NCBI GenBank assembly: GCA_040752415.1
Contig: JBFMGU010000282.1
Coordinates: forward strand, 1 to 13,500
Reading direction: 5' to 3'
DNA length: 13,500 nucleotides
Origin: Myxococcota bacterium
GTDB taxonomy: Bacteria > Myxococcota > JACRCW01
Under the pieces are notes generated by a model. The model saw only the letters and a program-made list of their open reading frames with translations. It had not been told where the DNA came from and did no database searches. Numbering within the stretch: the first letter of the stretch is position 1; the number at the start of each line of letters is the position of its first letter. Made by a program: the position numbers and the translations under genes. This document shows, in pieces, positions 8,021-13,500 of the stretch.

Positions 8021-8050
8021 CCAGGGCTTTCCCGTCCTCCCACGTTCGGC

Positions 8051-8079
8051 TTGACGCCCCTCGAGGGTGCCGGCAACCT
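8051..8079 (+). promoter_or_regulatory. Possible sigma70-type promoter for the downstream lipoprotein operon
   Basis: TTGACG (8051-8056), 17-nt spacer, CAACCT (8074-8079). The -35 is good; the -10 is poor. Confidence 0.3.
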
Positions 8080-8134
8080 GCCCGCGCCGCGGCGGCTCCA
8101 TTCCCGTCAGGCCGCGGTGGAATGGGATGTCGTG

Positions 8135-9844
8135 ATGAAGGCCCTGCTCATTGGCGCGCGTCGCCTTGCCCCCCTGCCGTTCCTGCTCACCGGCCTGGCG
8201 TGCGGTCCCGGCACCGGCTCCACCAGCTCCTCCTCCGGGAACTCCTCCGGCGGGAACGTGGCGGCCTGCGAGGACGTGGCGGGCGCCATCACGCTGTGCA
8301 ACGTGCAGCACGACGGCAGCCACGCCGGCGCCACCGTCACCTTCCCGGACCCGCTGGTGGTGACGTACGCGCCCTTCGTCCTCACCCGGAATGGCACCAC
8401 CGTCACCAAGGCGTTCTTCGTGGCCGAGGGGACGGGCGGGCCCAACCGCGGGGCCATGGTGACCTTCAGCGGCACGCAGGAGCAGGTGGACGCCATCACG
8501 CTGACGGCGGGAACGGAGATCAACCTGACGGCCACCGTGGAGGAGGTGGACAACGAGACGCGCCTGGTCATGGAAGGCACCCCCAGCGTGGCCAGCCAGG
8601 CCGGCGCCATCCCGCAGCCCACGGTGACCACGGTGGCCACGCTCTCCGCCGACAGCACCGCCGAGCCCTACGAGGGCGTGCTGGTGCGCGTGGAGAACGT
8701 GAAGGCCACGCGCTTCTCCTCCGGCGCCATCCAGGAATACGGCGCGTTCCTTCTCGAGGGCGGGGTGCAGGTGGATGACCAGCTCTTTGGCTATGAGAAC
8801 GGTGTCGACGAGACGTTCAGCCAGATCACCGGCTTTGTCCGCTACTTCGCCGGCGCGTGGATGATCCTCCCGCGCGACGCCGCCGACGTGGTCTCCAGCG
8901 GCAACCCGCGCGCGCCGCGCCTCACGCACATCAACGAGATCCAGGACCCCGCCAACCTCTCCACGCTGCCGCACTGCGGCCCCACCGCGGAGTGCGACCC
9001 GCTGCGCTTCGAGCGGCTGGTGGTGGTGAGCAACCCACGGCAGGCGGATGACGACGCCAACGGAAAGAGCACGCTGTTCTCCGTGCACGTGCAGGACCCC
9101 ACGCTGCTGGACGCCAACAAGGAGCCCCTGCCCTACTCCGGCGTGAAGCTGGTGTTCCCCCGTCGGGAGAACCTGCCGGAGAGCACCTATGAGCTGCCCG
9201 TCTACGGTGACCGCGACCTCCCCAACAACCGCGACTTCCCCGACCAGTGGCCCAAGCCGGGCGACATCATCGACGTGGAAGGCAGCGTCACGGAGTTCTT
9301 TGACAACACGCAGATCAGCAACGTGGTGAAGCTGGTGAAGGTGGGCACCGTCACCGAGAACCCCGAGATGGTGACCATCCCCGTGGCCAAGAAGTTCAGC
9401 GGCGACGCGCTGGCCGCCATTGGCGCGGGACAGCTGGAGGTGGATGGCTGTCGCGAGGGTGTGGCGCCCGGCTCCGACGTGGAGAAGTGGGAAGGCATCC
9501 TGGTGGAGCTGCAGAACGTCACCACGACGATGGCGTGCGTTCCCACGCCCACCCAGGACACCGCCGCGCCGGAGTGCATCCTGCGTGACTTCGGGTACAT
9601 CCAGGTCACCGGCGGCGTGGAGGTGGGGACCGGTCAGGGCTTCTACTTCACCGAGTTTGGCGCGTGTCCCTCCGGTGCCATCTGCACCTGCGACGGCGCC
9701 AACGGCACGCAGACCATGGACCCCAACCTGGATAGCCGCGAGGCTGACAAGGTCTACACGTCCATCACCGGCGTGCTGGACTACTCCTTCAGCGTGTTCC
9801 GCGTCAGCCCGCGCGGCGACGCCGACGTGGTGGCTGCCCCGTGA
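8135..9844 (+). CDS. Lipoprotein with two tandem copies of a YhcR/ExeM-like OB-fold module and no recognisable catalytic domain
   Basis: MKALLIGARRLAPLPFLLTGLAC lipobox followed by a Ser/Gly linker. Repeated motifs: YEGVLVRVENV / WEGILVELQNV, FSQITGFVRYFAGAWMILPRDAADVV / YTSITGVLDYSFSVFRVSPRGDADVV, and AGTEINLTATVEE / PGDIIDVEGSVTEFFDNTQI. Confidence 0.8.
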   Translation: MKALLIGARRLAPLPFLLTGLACGPGTGSTSSSSGNSSGGNVAACEDVAGAITLCNVQHDGSHAGATVTFPDPLVVTYAPFVLTRNGTTVTKAFFVAEGTGGPNRGAMVTFSGTQEQVDAITLTAGTEINLTATVEEVDNETRLVMEGTPSVASQAGAIPQPTVTTVATLSADSTAEPYEGVLVRVENVKATRFSSGAIQEYGAFLLEGGVQVDDQLFGYENGVDETFSQITGFVRYFAGAWMILPRDAADVVSSGNPRAPRLTHINEIQDPANLSTLPHCGPTAECDPLRFERLVVVSNPRQADDDANGKSTLFSVHVQDPTLLDANKEPLPYSGVKLVFPRRENLPESTYELPVYGDRDLPNNRDFPDQWPKPGDIIDVEGSVTEFFDNTQISNVVKLVKVGTVTENPEMVTIPVAKKFSGDALAAIGAGQLEVDGCREGVAPGSDVEKWEGILVELQNVTTTMACVPTPTQDTAAPECILRDFGYIQVTGGVEVGTGQGFYFTEFGACPSGAICTCDGANGTQTMDPNLDSREADKVYTSITGVLDYSFSVFRVSPRGDADVVAAP

Positions 9845-11775
9845 CAACCCGAAACGCCCTACCCCTGGCGCTGGTGGCGACGTGGATGGGGACTGGCTGC
9901 ATCGTGCAGTCGGAGCCCATCAACCTGCGTGACCAGGACATCCGCCTCACCGTTCTGCACACCTCCGACTGGCACAGTCGACTCATCCCGTACGTGATTG
10001 ACCCGCCAGCGCCGGTGCAGACCCTGGGCCTGCTCCCGGAGAACGCTCCCTTTGGCGGCGCGGCGCGGATGAAGACCATCCTGGACCAGGAGCGGGCGCG
10101 CAGTGAGCGCGTGCTCCACGTCGACAGCGGCGACTGCTTCCAGGGCGCGCCCATCTTCAACCAGTTCAGTGGTGAGCCGGAGATCCGCGCGCTGACGCTC
10201 AGCGGCATCGACGCCATGGTGATCGGCAACCACGAGTTCGACCTGGGCGCCACCAACTTCGTGGACCAGGCGGCCAAGTGGGCGGGCTTCCCGTTCCTGG
10301 CGGCCAACTACAACTTCCGTGACCCGCGCCTGCTCGGGAACAACGGCCTGGCCGACGTGGCGCAGGACGTGGCCGTCATCAACGTGCAGGGCCTGCGCGT
10401 GCTGGTCATTGGCCTGGGCAACATCAGCAGCCTCACCAGCATTGGCAAGGGCGGCAACAGCCTGCAGATCACGCCGTGGGAACCCAATGACGTGGTCCGC
10501 AACTACGTGAACCTCTACGCCGGCAGCGTGGACCTGGTGTTCGTGCTCAGTCACCTTGGGCTCGAGGTCGATGCCGCGCTGGTGGAAGGCTACGACCGCT
10601 TCTTTGACCTGGCGGAGGTCAGCCCCGACGAGCTGCAGCGTCACTGGGACTGCACGATCATCGAGGAGGCCAGCACGGCGAGCTGTCGGATTCCGCCGGT
10701 GCGTGGCATTGACGCCATCTTTGGCGGTCACCTGCACATCGTCCTCAATCCGCCGCGGGTGTTGAAGGACGTGGATGGTCGTGACGTGCTGCTGGTGCAC
10801 TCCGGCGCGTTCATGCAGTTCGTGGGGAGGCTGGACACGGTGGTGCGGGAAGCGGAGCGCTTCAACCCGCCGCGCGACAAGTTCTACGGCTGGGAGATGC
10901 TGACCCACCGGTACCGGCCCATCCCCGTCGACAAGAACACGCCCCCCGACCACGAGATGGTGCGCCTGCTGGAGCCCTACCAACGTGAGCTGGCCGAGAA
11001 CGTGGACCTGGCGCGTCCCGTGGCGTGGGCGCTCAACAACATCGTCCGCACCAATCCCAACGGCGGTGACAGCCAGATGGGCAACCTGGTGGCCGGCGCC
11101 ATGCTGGTCCGCAACCGCGTGCGCAGCGACTTCGTGATGACCAACAGCCTGGGCATCCGCGACAACCTCAACACCGGCACCATCACGCTGGAAGAGCTCT
11201 ACAACGTGTTCCCCTTCGAGAACACCATCACCACGATGTTCCTCAGTGGCCGCGAGGTGCAGGAGCTGATGGACTTCATTGCCATCCGGTCGCGGGCGCG
11301 TGGATGTCGGACGCAGGCGCAGGTGGCCAACGTCTCCTTGGTGATGCGCTGCGACTGCGCGGTCAGCGACGACGGATGCTGCGCGCCGGGCCCGGGCGGA
11401 GTGAAGCCCTTTGCCTGCTCCGACGACGTGCGCATTGGCGGCGTGCCCATCAACCCCAACGGCAGCTACCAGCTGGGCACCAACGACTACGTGGCGCAGG
11501 GTGGTAGCGGGTTCGAGGTGTTGCGTCGGAATACCACGCAGAAGGACAGCGGCATCCCGCTGCGCACGGCGGTGGAGGAGTTCCTCTCCACGTTCCCGCG
11601 CTGCGACTACGAGCGGCAGGTCAAGCCGCAGATCGACGCCACGCTGGCCAGCCAGCCCGAGGAGGGGGAGCGGCTGCAACGCGAGTGGGAGAGCATCACG
11701 CGCTTTGGTACGCCGCCCTGCATTGACGGCAGCCACCTGGTGGACGGGCGCATCAAGAGGAGGCTGGGCGGATGA
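9841..11775 (+). CDS. 5'-nucleotidase / UDP-sugar hydrolase family lipoprotein (calcineurin-like metallophosphoesterase plus 5'-nucleotidase C-terminal domain)
   Basis: HTSDWH, DSGD, GNHEFD, LSH and GGHLH metal motifs; C-terminal NSLGIR, FPFENT and TNDYVAQGGSGF; lipobox-like GTGC. GTGA overlap with the upstream gene. Confidence 0.93.
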   Translation: MTTRNALPLALVATWMGTGCIVQSEPINLRDQDIRLTVLHTSDWHSRLIPYVIDPPAPVQTLGLLPENAPFGGAARMKTILDQERARSERVLHVDSGDCFQGAPIFNQFSGEPEIRALTLSGIDAMVIGNHEFDLGATNFVDQAAKWAGFPFLAANYNFRDPRLLGNNGLADVAQDVAVINVQGLRVLVIGLGNISSLTSIGKGGNSLQITPWEPNDVVRNYVNLYAGSVDLVFVLSHLGLEVDAALVEGYDRFFDLAEVSPDELQRHWDCTIIEEASTASCRIPPVRGIDAIFGGHLHIVLNPPRVLKDVDGRDVLLVHSGAFMQFVGRLDTVVREAERFNPPRDKFYGWEMLTHRYRPIPVDKNTPPDHEMVRLLEPYQRELAENVDLARPVAWALNNIVRTNPNGGDSQMGNLVAGAMLVRNRVRSDFVMTNSLGIRDNLNTGTITLEELYNVFPFENTITTMFLSGREVQELMDFIAIRSRARGCRTQAQVANVSLVMRCDCAVSDDGCCAPGPGGVKPFACSDDVRIGGVPINPNGSYQLGTNDYVAQGGSGFEVLRRNTTQKDSGIPLRTAVEEFLSTFPRCDYERQVKPQIDATLASQPEEGERLQREWESITRFGTPPCIDGSHLVDGRIKRRLGG

Positions 11776-13352
11776 AGCGCGCGTACTCACTCCTGCTGGC
11801 GACGCTGGCGTTGGCCTGCCAGGACCCCTTTGCGCGGCAGGTCACGCTGGGCGCGGAGAAGCTGTCCTCCCTCGACGTGGAGCTGGTGTTTGACGGCGTG
11901 GACCGCACCGGCTGCCTGGACCTGCCCTCCGACGAAGGACCGCTGCCCGACCCCAGCGTGGAAGGCGACTTCTGCCCGCGCGGCGAGGGCACGCCGGAAC
12001 ACAAGCTGGCATTCCAGTCCGGTCGTCCCGTGCGCGTGAACGTGCGCGTGGTGGCCATTGGCTCCCAGCAGACGCGTCCCTTCGGCATCACCGGCATCGT
12101 GGCGGTGGGGAGCAACGTGGGGACCATCCTGACCGGCCCGCTGAACCTCAACAACGGCGTCAGCAACGTGGTGCCGGTGCGGTTCATGGACGGCCCGGGC
12201 CGGGTGCAGATCTGGGCGGAGGCGTCCACCGCCATGCGCATCAACGGCGAGCGCGTGCCGCCCACCTACAGCATGGGGACCAGCAACGTGCTGTGGTTCG
12301 AGCAGCCCGCCCTGCAGGACATCCAGCGCACCACCGACGACGCCGTCAGCCCCCTCGACGGAAAGCGCATCGAGATCCGGGGCGGAAACCTGTGGGTGAC
12401 GCGCATTGCGGGCAACGGCTTCACCGTGCAGGACCTGGACGCGCAGCCGGGTGTCGACGGGAAGCTGTGGAACGGGCTCTTCGTGTTTGCCTACAACGGC
12501 GTGGAGAACCTGGCGGTGGGCAGCCGGCTCTTGAAGCTGGGCGGCGCGGTGACCGAGTTCCAGGGCATGACCCAGCTGGCCGAGCCGGAGTTCGTCAGCG
12601 TGGGTGGCGTGTGCAAACCGCCCGCGCCCGCCGCGCGCTACGGCGTGGAGGACGTGGAGACGGATGAGGGCGGGTTGGCTCGTCGGGCGCGGTGCCCGGA
12701 GGAGGCGGTCTGCGAGAACGTGGGTGGCGTGGACCGCTGCATCCCCCGCGACGCGCCCGAGGGCGAGGAATACGACCGCTTCGGCCGCCTGCTGTGCAAC
12801 ACCGCGGAGTCCTGCGACGGCGCCGCCAGCTCGCAGTGCCCCGCCGGGATGGCCTGCATGGACCGAGCGGAGTGGAACAGCTTCCGCGCCGACGGAACGC
12901 CCGCGCACACCTGCCAGGTCTGCCCCAAGCAGGCTGGGACGGAGCTGTGGACCCCCGTGCCGGCCACCACCAGCCTGAACTGCTATCCGCTCTACAAGGC
13001 GCAGAGCGAGGAGAGCCTGGCGGCGCGCCTGCGCAATGAGGCCCTGGAAGGCACGCTGCTCCAGATCAACGACGTCACCGTCACCGGCCTGGACCTCACC
13101 AACGACTTCACGCGCTCGGGCTTTGAGAGCTTTGGGCAGTGGAAGGTGGTCTTCCCCGACGGAATCACCTGCGTCACCGTGGTGAGCGAGGCCGCGCCGG
13201 ACTTTGACGTGCTGGCCGCCAACGCGCAGCGCCTGCAACTGGAAAGCCTCACCGGCACCCTGCGACAGGTCCGCTTCAAGACCGGCAGCGCGTTCTGGAT
13301 GCTGGATGTCCGCCACAAGGACGACCTGGTTGTGCGCACGCCCAGCCCCTGA
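11772..13352 (+). CDS. Lipoprotein with one OB-fold module interrupted by a Cys-rich insert
   Basis: MKRAYSLLLATLALAC lipobox; LQDIQ...SPLDGKRI...GLFVF...VGSRLLKLGGAVTEFQGMTQL and EALEGTLLQINDVTV...SLTGTLRQV...WMLDVRHKDDLV match the module in 8135..9844. ATGA overlap. Confidence 0.8.
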   Translation: MKRAYSLLLATLALACQDPFARQVTLGAEKLSSLDVELVFDGVDRTGCLDLPSDEGPLPDPSVEGDFCPRGEGTPEHKLAFQSGRPVRVNVRVVAIGSQQTRPFGITGIVAVGSNVGTILTGPLNLNNGVSNVVPVRFMDGPGRVQIWAEASTAMRINGERVPPTYSMGTSNVLWFEQPALQDIQRTTDDAVSPLDGKRIEIRGGNLWVTRIAGNGFTVQDLDAQPGVDGKLWNGLFVFAYNGVENLAVGSRLLKLGGAVTEFQGMTQLAEPEFVSVGGVCKPPAPAARYGVEDVETDEGGLARRARCPEEAVCENVGGVDRCIPRDAPEGEEYDRFGRLLCNTAESCDGAASSQCPAGMACMDRAEWNSFRADGTPAHTCQVCPKQAGTELWTPVPATTSLNCYPLYKAQSEESLAARLRNEALEGTLLQINDVTVTGLDLTNDFTRSGFESFGQWKVVFPDGITCVTVVSEAAPDFDVLAANAQRLQLESLTGTLRQVRFKTGSAFWMLDVRHKDDLVVRTPSP

Positions 13353-13418
13353 GCCGTTGCTCTAGCCCCACCCTCTCGTCCAACCTGCACCGCCTTTTGC
13401 TGAGCCTGGAGCTTGCTC

Positions 13419-13500
13419 ATGAACCGCCGTGTTTCCGCCGTTGTGATGGTCGTGGCCGCGCTCACGTCGACAGTGGGACGTGCGCAGACCGCCGAGCCCG
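13419..13500 (+). CDS. Secreted protein, 5' end only (continues beyond the right edge)
   Basis: GGAG at 13408-13411 and ATG at 13419: MNRRVSAVVMVVAALTSTVGRAQTAEP, a Sec signal-peptide-like sequence (basic N-region, hydrophobic core, GRA|Q). Confidence 0.7.
   Translation, partial: MNRRVSAVVMVVAALTSTVGRAQTAEP

Noticed and set aside
5883..8134. Upstream starts at 5883 and 8012 given by the ORF track (also 1192 for ompH)
   Set aside because: Downstream starts at 5958, 8135 and 1297 place signal peptides at the N-terminus; 5958 also has a strong RBS.
3650..13316. Long minus-strand ORFs (739, 593, 400, 650, 643 and 509 aa; also 1743..2951)
   Set aside because: Antisense shadows of high-GC genes: they mirror the sense CDS extents, have skewed compositions (mostly Arg/His/Gly/Val-rich) and show no family motifs.
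8135..13352. Downstream lipoproteins as MbnP/MopE-like kynurenine-modification substrates of the di-haem enzymes
   Set aside because: No WxW-type motif or MbnP resemblance was seen; the OB-fold motifs explain these proteins better.
1..13500. Mobile elements, prophage or defence systems
   Set aside because: No transposase, integrase, phage or defence-type motifs, and no obvious compositional break was seen.

Overview
High-GC bacterial DNA; the gene content (Cys-rich lipoproteins, a sigma54-type promoter) is most consistent with a myxobacterium or other deltaproteobacterium, which is an inference. Left part: a minus-strand HTH protein running off the window edge (missing from the ORF track), a small DUF697-like protein, and a translationally coupled ompH(skp)-lpxD-cupin unit lacking the usual bamA/fabZ/lpxA neighbours. 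Right part (3785-13352): five consecutive + strand genes that each carry a lipobox. Two are tandem paralogous ~665-aa beta-propeller plus di-haem (bCcP/MauG superfamily) cytochromes c, the first behind a good sigma54 -24/-12 element. Three form a coupled trio: OB-fold-repeat lipoprotein, 5'-nucleotidase lipoprotein, OB-fold/Cys-rich lipoprotein. A further secreted protein starts at the right edge. The best candidates for an undescribed system are the OB-fold/5'-nucleotidase surface module (possible nucleic acid or nucleotide scavenging) and the diverged di-haem paralogue pair. All family calls come from motif recognition by eye; no searches were run.
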